Of a stretch of 64,000 nucleotides of DNA, positions 11,049 through 23,700 are shown in pieces. Each line of letters starts with the position of its first letter. Positions within the stretch are counted from its first letter, which is position 1. The stretch covers positions 310,001-374,000 of the forward strand of contig JAANOX010000047.1 in assembly GCA_020184695.1 (NCBI GenBank). The letters run 5' to 3'. This DNA comes from Histomonas meleagridis 2922-C6/04-290x (Eukaryota > Protista > Parabasalia). The translations under genes and the position numbers were made by a program. Below the pieces are notes generated by a model. It was not told the origin of the DNA. It ran no database searches and worked only from the letters and a program-made list of their open reading frames with translations.

Positions 11049-13025
11049 GTGCGACCATTAATACATTCAATTCTGTGTTACGATATGAGTAAACCATTAA
11101 ATTATTTCATTTGTTTTTTGTTGTATTATTTTGTGCAAATCATCTTCATCATAAGTTTCAAGCTTCACAAAGAAACTTATAATGATTCTGTATGTTCTAG
11201 TTGTATGAAAACAAATCTCACAAATTATTCCAATTACATAGAAAAAAAGATAATTAAGAATATTGAAATAGATACCTTGTACCAAAACAAAGAGGCATTA
11301 ACAACAAACTTACCTATTTCTACTCCTCTGCTTCCCGATAATGATGAAGCTGAGCAATTCAAAATTACAATTCATATACCAAAAAGCGAGAATAACAATT
11401 CAGTGAGTGCTATAATTTTAAATCAAAATAAAAATAATCAAAAAATACTTGCATTGGATCAAACCATTATTATCATGGTTGAAAATGCAGATATTCTCAA
11501 TACTGGGGATCGGTTTGGTGTTAGTATAAGCAATTCAATTAGCAGTGATATGTGGAGAAATGTGGAGTGCATTTATCTCTCCAACGAAATACAAACAAAT
11601 ATCAATTTTGAGAGCACAACAGAAGTTCTAACAGTTACTGCATATACTCCATATTCATCAAATGTAAATTCGGATGGTGATTTTAATATTCGTACCAATG
11701 TAATACAAACAGCTGAAGTACAGAAACAATTAAACATTATTTCTTCAAATGGAATACAATGTTCATATGATAACCCATATCCTCTTGCTGATTTTAATTG
11801 TAAAATGTCAATTTTTTCAATCACTATTAGACTTATAGGTGGATTCAGCCCTGACCAAATTTCATCGAATTGGAAATTTTATTTAAGTGGTTTGCGACAC
11901 AGTGGTACATTTAATATCTTCACGTGCGAAGCAACTGTTGATTCGAATTCCGAGGTAATTAATGATTTTGATATTACAGACTCGGTTCATACAGAAGATA
12001 TTGAAACAGGAACAAGGGTTTATGATCTGTATGTCATTCCACAAACACATGGTACAATTCATTTTAAAGCAATTTTAAATGGCCAAACATTCAATTTTTT
12101 ATTTTCTTCAAATGAGTTAACACCAGGGAAAAAAGTTCTCTATGCTGTTAATATAAACGGACCAACAAATACATTTTCACAAACAAATTCATTTACACAG
12201 ACAAATTCATTTACTCAATCGAATACATATTCACAAACAAATTCATTTACACAGTCAAATACATATTCACAAACAAATTCATTTACACAGTCAAATACAT
12301 ATTCACAAACAAATTCATTTACACAGTCAAATACATATTCACAAACAAATTCATTTACACAGTCAAATACATATTCACAAACAAATTCATTTACACAGTC
12401 AAATACATATTCACAAACAAATTCATTTACACAGTCAAATACATATTCACAAACAAATTCATTTACACAGTCAAATACATATTCACAAACAAATTCATAT
12501 CCACAATCAAATTCATTTAGCACAAATCCATATTTAACACATTCACTTGTTTTGAAGCAAACCATCATTATAACGGAGACATTTACTCTTCATTCTATGA
12601 TATCACATTCAATGTTATTTACATTTAATAATTCACAAATCTATTTCACATATTCAGAATTCATTTTTTATAATTACACAGTTATCCAATATTCAACATT
12701 ATATAGTTATTATTCAGATTTTTATTTTGCATTAAGTGAGGATAACGAAAACATTGCAACTGACAATCAAACAAATATAATAATAATTGTGTGCGCAGTA
12801 GTTATAATCATTATAATTATATGTTTAATTACTATTTTTATTATTCATCATCGAAAACACAAACAAAAATTTTCTAATTTGGAAGAAGTTGAATCAAATA
12901 GTGAAAATGAAAGAAAACCCATAAGCGATGGATTGACAAATGTTAATATTATGCAAATACAAGAAGAAGATCCGTTTGCAAATGATTTTAAAGATGACGT
13001 TTTCGATAATCACATTTATATCTAA
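11049..13025 (+). CDS. Type I membrane surface protein with S/T/N/Q-rich repeat stalk (non-LRR head)
   Basis: 658-aa ORF (start uncertain; first ATG at about 11085). Hydrophobic N-terminus, (QTNSFTQSNTYS)n stalk, S/T/Y-rich juxtamembrane segment, TM helix, cytoplasmic EEDPFANDF tail. Confidence 0.75.
   Translation: MRPLIHSILCYDMSKPLNYFICFLLYYFVQIIFIISFKLHKETYNDSVCSSCMKTNLTNYSNYIEKKIIKNIEIDTLYQNKEALTTNLPISTPLLPDNDEAEQFKITIHIPKSENNNSVSAIILNQNKNNQKILALDQTIIIMVENADILNTGDRFGVSISNSISSDMWRNVECIYLSNEIQTNINFESTTEVLTVTAYTPYSSNVNSDGDFNIRTNVIQTAEVQKQLNIISSNGIQCSYDNPYPLADFNCKMSIFSITIRLIGGFSPDQISSNWKFYLSGLRHSGTFNIFTCEATVDSNSEVINDFDITDSVHTEDIETGTRVYDLYVIPQTHGTIHFKAILNGQTFNFLFSSNELTPGKKVLYAVNINGPTNTFSQTNSFTQTNSFTQSNTYSQTNSFTQSNTYSQTNSFTQSNTYSQTNSFTQSNTYSQTNSFTQSNTYSQTNSFTQSNTYSQTNSFTQSNTYSQTNSFTQSNTYSQTNSYPQSNSFSTNPYLTHSLVLKQTIIITETFTLHSMISHSMLFTFNNSQIYFTYSEFIFYNYTVIQYSTLYSYYSDFYFALSEDNENIATDNQTNIIIIVCAVVIIIIIICLITIFIIHHRKHKQKFSNLEEVESNSENERKPISDGLTNVNIMQIQEEDPFANDFKDDVFDNHIYI
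12177..12510 (+). repeat. 36-nt coding tandem repeat (QTNSFTQSNTYS), 7 perfect plus about 2 imperfect copies
   Basis: tcacaaacaaattcatttacacagtcaaatacatat repeated at 12231-12482. Confidence 0.95.
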
Positions 13026-13049
13026 AATATTTTTGTAAGAAAATTTTAT

Positions 13050-13530
13050 TATCCAAATTCATTCGTTATGCTGATGTTGCAACAAATCCATCTGTTGTTG
13101 AAGGTGCAGTTGTTGCAGAGATCGAAGATTTACGTGATTGTTATCCAGAAATGCTTGGATTAGATTCAAAGCGTACAAGAACTCCGCTTTACAAGATAAC
13201 AGTTATGCTTGTTGATCTTTCAGCTTCGTTACTTGGAACACGACGTAAAATTAACGGATTTTATGTTGTTTTTGTTCAAAAGGAAGAAGAAAAACTTGAA
13301 CGAACAATTGAAGAATTGAAGAAATATGTTAATCCAATCTGCATCATCGTTGATAATCGAGCGAAATCAAATTTCGGTCAAAAGATGCAAACCGCAGAAA
13401 TATCAATGCTCAAACATACGATTGTTATATCATCAAAACTTGACAAGGACACAGTATCAGTTGATAATCAACCTGTTGCTATCAGTGAATTGAAAACATT
13501 AACTGAATATTAATAAAAATAAAAATAAAT
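13050..13530 (+). pseudogene. 5'-truncated duplicate of the 3' end and 3'UTR of the ProRS-like gene (28017-28503)
   Basis: Near-identical to 28017-28503 with a few substitutions and two small indels near 13270-13285. Contains ORF 13151-13513. Confidence 0.9.
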
Positions 13531-13785
13531 ATTAAAAAATTGTTTACCATAAATGGTAATATTTATTAAAAATCAATATAAATGCATAAAGAAAACTTAT
13601 TATTATCAAAAATATTTTTATGGTTAGAGTGTCATTTTTGATCAAATTTAATTTTAATATATGACTATAAAATTTATTCGTTTTATTATGTCGACTTACT
13701 CCACTAAAGCCTGTTTATTTATGCGAATTATCAATCATGAAAAAAATATAGTGGCAAGTCACAATCATTATTTATTTATTGAAAT

Positions 13786-16700
13786 TTAAATCTTTGCAAA
13801 ATTATTTTCTTTGAAATCCTTTGCAAATGGATCTTCTTCAATATCATTCAAATTAATAAAATTAATATTATTCATTGATGGTGTTTCTTCATCAAGTATA
13901 TTTTCTTCTTTTATGCTTTCTTCATCAAAACTTTCTTCTTTATTTAGTTTATTTTTACGAATGAGTAATATTATAATGATTGAGACAATAATAATTATCG
14001 CAATACAAACACAAATGATAATAATCATATTCGTTTGGTTTACAATATTATTCGTTTCATTTTGTTGTAAAATTGTATAAAATCCTGTATAATATGATAT
14101 ATATGAGTAATATTTAACAGTTATATATTTATAATAAATAAATAAAGTTTCTGTATAATAATATGATGAATCAAATATAGAAATAGTTACAGTATTCGAG
14201 AAAATAGATTTTTGAATTATTGTTTGTGTGATTGAATGCGTAAAAATTAATGTATTAATAAATGTTGCACCGAATTGTTTTGAACTTGTAAAAGTATTTG
14301 AGTGTGAAAACATATATGTGTTTGTAAACACATTTGATCTAGTAAACACGCTTGATTTAGTAAATGTATTTGGACAAGTATTTGATATAGTATACGTATT
14401 TGATTGTGAAAATGTATTTGAATATGTATAGCTTTGTGTAAATGTATTTGATTCTGTAAACGTAAGAGTTGGCCATAGAGATATATCACATTCATCAACC
14501 AATTTATGGGTTACTGTGAGTGAACCGAATGTTGCACTTGGATACAAATATGATGTCATAATATATTTCGTTGGGACATCATTGAATGCACTTGAACTTA
14601 TAGATTTTGGTGGTTCAATGCCAGTAAAATAAATACATTTGAGATCAGTACAATTTTCAAACGAATAACTTCCAATTGTTGTTACATTTTCTCCAATTAT
14701 AACTGTTTCTAAGTTATTACATGAATTAAATGCATAACTTTCGATTGAAGTAACTGAATTTGGAATTGTAATATTTTTTAATGATGAACAATATCGAAAT
14801 GCATAACTTTCAATTGTTTTTACATTCTCTCCAATGATAACTGTTTCGAGGTTATCACATAATTTAAATGCATAACTTTCAATTAATATTACTGAATTTG
14901 GAATTATAATATTTCTTAAAGAAGAATATGATCTAAATGCAGAATAACAAATTGTTGTTACATTTTCTCCAATGATAATATTAGTCAAGTTAGTACAAGA
15001 TTGAAATGTATAATCTTGGATTGTTGTAATCATGTTTGGAATTGTTATGTTTTTTAATGAAGAACATGATCTAAATGCAGAACTTCCAATCATTGTTATA
15101 TTTTTACCATAGGTAATAGATACTAAGTTAGTACATGAACTAAATGCATAAATTCCAATTGATGTAACTGTGCTTGGAATTGTTATATTTTTTAATGATG
15201 AACAATAACTAAATGCAGAACTTCCAATCGTTGCTATATTTTCACCAAAGATAATTGTTACTAAGTTAGTACATGATTGAAATGCAGAACTCCCAATTGT
15301 TGTCACATTTTCACCAATAATAACTGTGGTCAAGTTGGCACATGATTGAAATGCCCAAACATCAATCGTTATAACTAAGTTTGGAATTGTTATATTTGTC
15401 AATGATGAACATTGATTAAATACAGATGTATTAATTATCGTAACTAAATTTGGAATTTTAAAACTTATTAGTGATTTACATAATGCAAATGCATATGCAC
15501 AAATTATTGTAACTGAATTTGAAATTGTAACATTTATTAATGATGAACATGATCGAATTGCATATTCACCAATTGATGTTACATTTTCTCCAATGATAAT
15601 GGTTTCTAATTTAGTACATGACTCAAATGTCGAAGTTCCAATTGATGTAACTAAATTTGGAATTATAATATTTTTTAATGATGAACATGAAAAAAATGCA
15701 GAATCTCCAATTGTTGTCACATTTTCTCCAATATTAACTTTTTCTAACATAATACATTTTTCACATAAATTATTACCGATTGATGTAACTAAATTTGGAA
15801 TTATAATATTTTTTAAAGAAGAACAATATCGAAATACATCGTTTCCAATTGTTCTCACATTTTCTCCAATGATTATTGATTCTAAACTAGTACATGAATA
15901 AAATGTTCTATCTTTTATTGTTGTAACTAAATTTGGAATTGTAATATTTTTTAATGATGAACATAAATAAAATGCGCTGGTACCAATCATATTTACATTT
16001 TCTCCAATGGTAATTGTTTCTAATTTATCACACGAATAAAATGTATAATCATCTATTGATGTAACTAAATTTGGGATTATAATATTCCTTATTGAACATT
16101 TGTAGAATGCATTTTTTCCAATTGTTGTTACATTTTCTCCAATAATAACTGTTTCTAATTTAGAACACAAATCAAATGCATAATCACCAATTGTTGAAAC
16201 AGAATTTGGTATTATAATACTCACCAATGATGAACAAGAATAAAATGCAAAATCTTCAATTGTTTTAACATTTTCACCAATGATTAATGTGGATAAATTA
16301 GTACATAAACGAAATGCTTCATCTCCAATTGATGTGACTGTATTAGGAATTGTAATATTTATTAAGGATGAGCATGAATAAAATGCATTATTTCCAATAG
16401 ATGTTACCAAATTTGGTATTTCAAATGATTGAGAAGAAATACCTGCTGGATAACATACAATTATTGTGAAATCCTTATTATAAAGGATTCCATCATTATC
16501 AGAATAATAACCATTTTCATTAGAAACATTTATAAATTCGAGACTAATGCATCCTATAAGAGCAGTTGATTCTATTTCAGACACTAATTTTGGAATTGTA
16601 ATATTTTTCAACGAAGAACAATATCTAAATCCGAAATTATCAATTTTTTTCACATTTTCTCCAATGATAATTGTTTCCAATTTAGTACATGACTCAAATG

Positions 16701-17160
16701 TCGAAGTTCCAATTGATGTAACTAAATATGGAATTGTGAAATTTTTTAATGATGAACATTTTTCAAATGCATAATTTCCAATTGTTTTTACGCTTTTTCC
16801 AATGATAAGTGTTGCTAAATTTGAACAGTAAATAAAAGCATAATTATCAATTAATTTAACATTTTCTCCAATGATAACTTTTTCTAAATTAGTGCAGTAA
16901 TAAAATCCATAACCTTGAATTGAAGTAACTGAGTCACCAATTTCAATCGAAATTAGTGATGACCACTTGAAAAAAGCATAATCTTCGATTTCATCAACAC
17001 CATCATTAATTATAATATATATTATTTGACTTTTATATGAACTCCTTTCTAAATATTCATCATAAGTATTTACAGTAAGTGTTTGTGTAGTAGAATTAAA
17101 TATTTCACTTGATTGCACAAAAAAGAGAATAATCGAAAGAAAAATGAATTTACATTTCAT
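13786..17160 (-). CDS. BspA-like (TpLRR/LRR_5) surface protein with stalk, TM and EEDPFAKDF tail
   Basis: Dozens of 23-aa repeats (C..L..I.IP..VT.IG..AF / IIGENV). Likely start MKCKFIFLSII at 17160 (signal-like), although the ORF track extends to 17493. Confidence 0.92.
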   Translation of the reverse strand: MKCKFIFLSIILFFVQSSEIFNSTTQTLTVNTYDEYLERSSYKSQIIYIIINDGVDEIEDYAFFKWSSLISIEIGDSVTSIQGYGFYYCTNLEKVIIGENVKLIDNYAFIYCSNLATLIIGKSVKTIGNYAFEKCSSLKNFTIPYLVTSIGTSTFESCTKLETIIIGENVKKIDNFGFRYCSSLKNITIPKLVSEIESTALIGCISLEFINVSNENGYYSDNDGILYNKDFTIIVCYPAGISSQSFEIPNLVTSIGNNAFYSCSSLINITIPNTVTSIGDEAFRLCTNLSTLIIGENVKTIEDFAFYSCSSLVSIIIPNSVSTIGDYAFDLCSKLETVIIGENVTTIGKNAFYKCSIRNIIIPNLVTSIDDYTFYSCDKLETITIGENVNMIGTSAFYLCSSLKNITIPNLVTTIKDRTFYSCTSLESIIIGENVRTIGNDVFRYCSSLKNIIIPNLVTSIGNNLCEKCIMLEKVNIGENVTTIGDSAFFSCSSLKNIIIPNLVTSIGTSTFESCTKLETIIIGENVTSIGEYAIRSCSSLINVTISNSVTIICAYAFALCKSLISFKIPNLVTIINTSVFNQCSSLTNITIPNLVITIDVWAFQSCANLTTVIIGENVTTIGSSAFQSCTNLVTIIFGENIATIGSSAFSYCSSLKNITIPSTVTSIGIYAFSSCTNLVSITYGKNITMIGSSAFRSCSSLKNITIPNMITTIQDYTFQSCTNLTNIIIGENVTTICYSAFRSYSSLRNIIIPNSVILIESYAFKLCDNLETVIIGENVKTIESYAFRYCSSLKNITIPNSVTSIESYAFNSCNNLETVIIGENVTTIGSYSFENCTDLKCIYFTGIEPPKSISSSAFNDVPTKYIMTSYLYPSATFGSLTVTHKLVDECDISLWPTLTFTESNTFTQSYTYSNTFSQSNTYTISNTCPNTFTKSSVFTRSNVFTNTYMFSHSNTFTSSKQFGATFINTLIFTHSITQTIIQKSIFSNTVTISIFDSSYYYTETLFIYYKYITVKYYSYISYYTGFYTILQQNETNNIVNQTNMIIIICVCIAIIIIVSIIIILLIRKNKLNKEESFDEESIKEENILDEETPSMNNINFINLNDIEEDPFAKDFKENNFAKI

Positions 17161-17769
17161 TTTTTCCTTTTTATGTAAATTATGAATTACTTTATTGAAA
17201 TAAAAAATTATTTTGATAAAAAGTAAAGAAAAAATTTTTAAAAAATCAGAAATTAGATAAAAATATTTTCCAATAAGACTCCTAATCGAAATGGATTGTG
17301 TATTCATGACGAAATGCAATGGTAAATTGATGAAAATCTTCGAATTATTATAAGATGTAAAAAAATTTCTTTTCATTTTTAGGAAAGATGTGGTACTATT
17401 TCTTAAAGGCAAGTACGCATCAGAAATATATTTGTATTGACTCAACATATTGTCTTTGCTTGTGTGTAAAGAATTTGAGATTGAGTGTAACAAAAATATA
17501 TTTTAATTTTTTTGAAAGAAAAATTTGATTATTTATATAATTAATCCATAAATAATAAAATCGATGATTCATTTAAAATATATATTCATTTGTTTTATTG
17601 TGCAATCGAAAATAACGAGTATAATATCGTTTGATTATCCCGGAATTTTCGAATGTCTACAGACAATTACATTCAATTTATAAATTTGAATTCGTTCCAC
17701 AAAACCATTATGAAAAAGTGGAATAAATGACACTTTTCATACCAAAAACAAATTTATGGGAAAGATTCT

Positions 17770-20700
17770 TTATATAATTATAGATCTTCCAAAGATCCTT
17801 TGCATTTCATTTTGTGACAACAGGAACAACTTTACCGAATCCAAATATTTTCTATCTATTTTCAATATCATTGGGCTTCTTTCTTTAAAGAGAATTGTCA
17901 ATGTGTTTGCCTCCACTTTGATTCCGACCATTAACTTGATCAGCGCATGATCCAATATCACTGATACATCCGATTTCACGATGTAAATGTTTACGTTTGT
18001 GATACATATCAAATTATTATTTCCTAAATATTTTATAATTAATTTGATTTGTTCATTAGAATTCGAATTCCGCGAAATTAATAATTGCGAATTCGCAACT
18101 TCGTTATTATATATATTTATTCGATTCTCGATGTAAGCTCTCATTGGCCTCGCTTGTAATATGTTTTGCATCGATTGCGTAGATTCCATTTTCTCAATAA
18201 ATGATTTAGTTAATACACCTGCAACACCAACTCCATAACTATAACCTGAGACTCTTTTGATTTGAATACCAGTATTCTTATTATGTAATACTCCGATAAC
18301 TAATGGAGTTATATAAAAGTTGTTTTGATTTAATTGATGAACAAGTTGTTTCATGATTTCAACAGAAAAATAACCGTGAAGCACTTTTCGGTTATCGTAT
18401 CGTTCGGCGACCGTTTGCGTGAAGTCGTTAATTTCATTTGACAATTCACTCGTTAATGAAGTCAAATTTAAATATTTGGTGGCAATGATCGAAGGAATAT
18501 TAAATGCATTTAAGACTACGCCACTAGCACCAAGCATTTGAATCATTTGATTAAATGCAACTGTTTTATAATCATCGGAAATTTTTTCAATTAATGATTG
18601 AATTTGATCAATTAAATGTGCAATGAAAATTCCGGGAATTAAAATTTTCTTGGAATTTATCGATATCAATTTCAAATATTTGAAGTAACTTGGCATTTTA
18701 TTATTATAAATCGAATTTCGATCATTCGATTTATTAAATGAAATTACTAAAAATATTGGGCTAACTTCAAACCAATTAATGTTAATCAATGAAATTGATT
18801 CAAAGTTTTTCGTTTTTGCCGGTTCGATTTTCATTTTATTAAATTTCTTCAACAAATTAAAAACGCAAATTAATTCGAAAATGAAATTGGAGTTAATATT
18901 TATATCTATTCTTTGTAATATCAATGAAATGAATTGGAATGACGTGAATAGCGGTGTATCAGGAGAACATATACATTGGAAAGAAATAAACGGCCTATCG
19001 TTCGAATCGTTTCTTCCGTACAAAATTGAGTTCATTGAAATCTGATCGTCCATTTGTAAATTTTTCAAATTGAATTTTACAGACAAACCGCTTTCTCTTT
19101 GAATGAAATCGAAATTTATAGAATTCAAAGTAATTAAAATGAATTCTCTCATGTTTTGATCGATTACTGATAAGAAAATTCTTGGTATTTGTAAGTATAA
19201 TGAAAACTTTGATAATAATGAATAAGAATGATTTGGATCATAAGTTATTATCACCATTCTATTACCAATTGAGTTTGATTTCACTTGAACATAAACGAAT
19301 TTATTTTTATATTTTTGTTCCATTTGAATCGGCTGCGTATCTTCGACCAATGAAATGTTATAACAACATTTATCGAACAATATTTGCATTGACGGATACG
19401 CCAACGGCTCATCGAAAGCAAACAAAGAAGTTGAATTTGGTAAAACTTCAAATGGCTTAAAACAAATAAATTGGAATGCGAATATTTGCACGTCTAATTG
19501 ATTCGCGATAGTTATTGGCGTCGGGAATTCGATTGGGTTAAACTTAATGGTATAACCTGTTTCCGATTTAATGACGTTTAATTCCATTAATATACTTTTC
19601 ATTGAGTTTTGGACTCGAAATACTGTTTTCTTAGGTTCGAATAATGATATTATTGGATATGTCGAAAATCCTTTAACTTTTATGTAGTAATATCCTTTTT
19701 TGGTGACTGTCGTGATTAATATTTCGGTGTTTGATTGACATAATATTGAATTCCCGATCTTTTTGCCCATGAATTTATTTGACGCGACATTATTCATTAA
19801 TTCTTTCTCATTAAATATTGGTAACTTATCCGTTGGTATTAACTTGAAGTTTATGTCTAAATTATTGATGATTTTGATCGATGAAAAAAATGTGATGACA
19901 ACAGTACTCATCGAATGATTTAAGTTATAAGTTAAAGGAACAAAAAAGTTCTTTTGTATCGATGGTAATAATAATGTTGAATAACCGGATTTATTACAAT
20001 CTATGAACTCATTTGTTTCTTTAGATATTTCTTTAGCTACTACATTAAGTTTTAATGATTCACTATTATTATTAAATATCATTTTTGGACAATAATTACT
20101 ATTCGAAAATGGTTTTATTAGAATTTCTTTATTAATGATCAAGAATAAACTTGATTCATTAAATATTATACAAGGAGAAAAGATAATAATTGAGAATTGT
20201 TCTTCTTCTTCATTATTCTTTTCAATTGTACATACAATTGAATCAATAGTATTTGACTTATTATTAAAGATTTCGATTCTTTGAGGTTTTTCATATTTTA
20301 ATTTAATGGAAGTACTTGCCCAATGTTCACCATCATAAGATAATGACATAATGAATGTATCTTTATTTAATATGTTACCGAAATATAAATTATTTTTACC
20401 ATTCGATTTAATAGTAATTGGAATTTCATTATCATTTGATCGAATATGGATATGATATGGTAAATAATTTCGTATAATAAATTGTGATTTAATCGCAAAG
20501 ACTTTAATTCCTGATAAATAATCAATATATGGAACTTTAATACAATTAAAATATGACTTATTTATAGGAACTTGAAATATTTCGATTTTATCATTTTCAT
20601 ATGAAATTGTAAAATAAAAATATTTTTGGACATTATTCGAATTAATATTTATAGGTATTATCGTATAATAATTATTAACATTTGGTGAAAGTGTTAAAGA

Positions 20701-23700
20701 AAATCGTTTTTTAGGATTTATTGTACCTAAATTTATTAATTTATTTTCTTTTTCATTTTTATAATATAAATCAAATGGTACACTTAATAAGTTTTCGATT
20801 TGTACCGGACTTTTTAATGTTATTAATAATCCACATTTATAAGGGATTTTATTTACACATATTATAATGTTTTTATTTTGATATGAAGTTATATATGTTG
20901 GATAAGATATTGAATTTGGATTAAAATTAAATTGTAAATTTTTATATTTAAATTCAATCATATTAAGATTAGAATCATTAACATTAAAAATAGGTAATAT
21001 TTCAGTTGGTAATAGTTTAAGTTCGACACCTTTTTGTTTGATTAATATATATGATTCAAGTTCATTTGATATTGATAATATTGGTAATTCTGATGAACGT
21101 AAATAACGTTGTGAGAAATTAATTTGTGCTTTTAATATTTTTATGATTTTTTTAATACGAGTAATCGCAAAAATTGGTAAATTTATATTTATATTATAAT
21201 CTTTTTGTACTTGTAAATTGATTTGTGTTGTTTCTTCTGTTAAAACTAATATTAATAATAAAGGAAAAGTTTCAATAATAAAATCATATGAACCAGTAAT
21301 ATTATTAAAGAACTCTAAATAAGGTGTTAATTCTATCATAAATGTATTTACTGTTTGTGTTAATGTAGCTATGGTATTAATTTGTGGTATAATAAATCGA
21401 AATATTGGTATAAATAATGATTTCGATGATTTATTATCTTCACATAATATTAACTCGATTTTTTCTGATGTAATTCGAATGTCTTCTAATTGGAACTTCG
21501 ATTTGAAATTTGTTTCTTCATATGTATAAGTTCGTAATTCAACTGTTTTCTGTATTGATTCAATAATTTGTTTAAATAATAATATATCAAAAACAGAAAT
21601 TTTTATAATTAATTCAATAATATTCATTGTTATTGAAAGACCTTTTGAAGTTTTTCTAATTGTTGCTACAAATCCGAAATCAGAAATTAAAGGTGAAAAA
21701 CTTTGTTTTGTTATCGGATTAGATATAAATACATTAAAGTTTTCTAATGCTATCGAAGTTCTTCTATTTGATAATTCTAAAAGACATCCAAAATTAATAT
21801 TTAAATTCATATTATCTTCTGGATTTAATGAAGAAGGTATAATAATATTAATTATAGGGATTCTAACGATTATAGTAATTTGTAAACCTTCAATTGATTC
21901 TAATGAATTTAATGAACTAAATGAATTTAATGAATTCATTGAACTAAATGAAGATTGTTGTTTAATCATTTGTTTTGTATTTGTATTATCATTTTTCATT
22001 AATTCTAATAAAGGTGATGACATTATAAATGTAACAATTGATGTTAATAATTGATAATCAACATAAATTTGTGCTTCCGAAAATATACAAAATAATTCTT
22101 TGTTCTTAAATTGGATTTTAATTAAATTATCATTTGTTAATGTTTTAATTATTGGCATTGATTCGCCTTCTTTAGATATAACATTAACTTTTGATATCGA
22201 TGCATCTAAATCACCGAAATTATATTTCAAATTAATTTCGGATAATAAAAATGTTGCAATAGGTTCAACCATTATCATAACAATTTGGAAATCATTTAAT
22301 TGCACTTCCAAATTTATTGGAATCATTTTCATTGGTAAATTAAAGTTATTTTTAGGTAACATATTAAAATCAAATACTAAACAATTAATTATTGTTGAAG
22401 CAAATAAATTCGTATATAAAACTTGTATTTGTTCAACTTTAAATGTTAAATTTATTTTTTCGATTATATTATTTTCATTATTATTATTATTTGTAGGTAA
22501 TGAATTTATATAATCAAATGTAACTAAATTTATATCATTATCATCCGAAAATGATAAAGATAACTTAATTCCGGATATTTTTATTGTTGGTCTTCTTTTA
22601 TGACAAATTGTTGATATTATTATACTTCCAATATTTAATGCAATTAACTTATAAAAAGAATTAAAAGCTAATTGAATCGTTGGTATATTAATTGATAAAT
22701 AATGTGTTTTAACATCGTTTTGTTTTGGTAATATATTAATTTGCATTCCTTCCATTAAGAAATCAATATTAATCATTGGTATTTTCATTTGTTTATTATT
22801 TGTTTCATCTAAAATTGTATTATATTGTACTAAATTGTTATTTTTAGGGATAATATTTTTGATATATTTAATGACTTTAAAGATATATGGAATTGATATA
22901 TAAATTATAACTTTAGGAATTCGTGCAAATAATCGATCTTTTAATAATTGGAATTTTAATTGTTCAAATTTAACAACTTTTTGCTTTATGTAATCCGTTT
23001 TAATAGTTAATCCATTACTATTTAAATCAATTCCAATTTTTTCATCTTTTGTTAAATTGATAGTTGTTTCATCTATAAATAATTTAATTAAATTTTTCGT
23101 CTTTTTAAGTAATGTTATATTTATAGGCTTTAAATTTAAATTAATTTTTATAGTTTTACTTGGTTTATTTATATCTGTTTCATCTTTTCCTTTCAAATTT
23201 TCAGTATTAAACTTAAATCTTAAAGCCCAATAAATTAATTCTTCTTTAACTTTAACATTAGTTTTAGATAAATTAGTTAAAACTTCAATGTTATTATCTA
23301 ATAAATTAAATTCAACATGTAATTTATCGGGTATTTTAATAAAACTTAATTTATCTAAATAATATCCTCTTATTTTATCTATGTCGACATTAGTTTTTAT
23401 TGATTTTCTAGTTAAAAATAAGTTCAAATTTATGTTTAAAATCGAAAGTTGTGATATATAACTTTCAATATTTTCTAATATTAATAATTTGACTTTTTTA
23501 ACTTTCAAATAAAGTTGAATCTTTTCAGGCATAAATGGCATTTCACGAAGTTTGACCATAAATTTCAAGATTTGTGGAATATAATCGAATAAAGGATTTA
23601 TATCTTCCGGAATAATTCCAACTTCAACGAAATCGATTTGTAAGTCAAAAGGATTTGGGAAGTTAATTGGAATATTTAAGTTAAAAGGTTTTAATATGAA

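Noticed and set aside
12215-16774. Antisense ORFs over repeat-rich genes (12215, 14228, 15593, 16547; also 47840, 48368)
   Set aside because: They are shadows of low-complexity or LRR coding sequence on the opposite strand.
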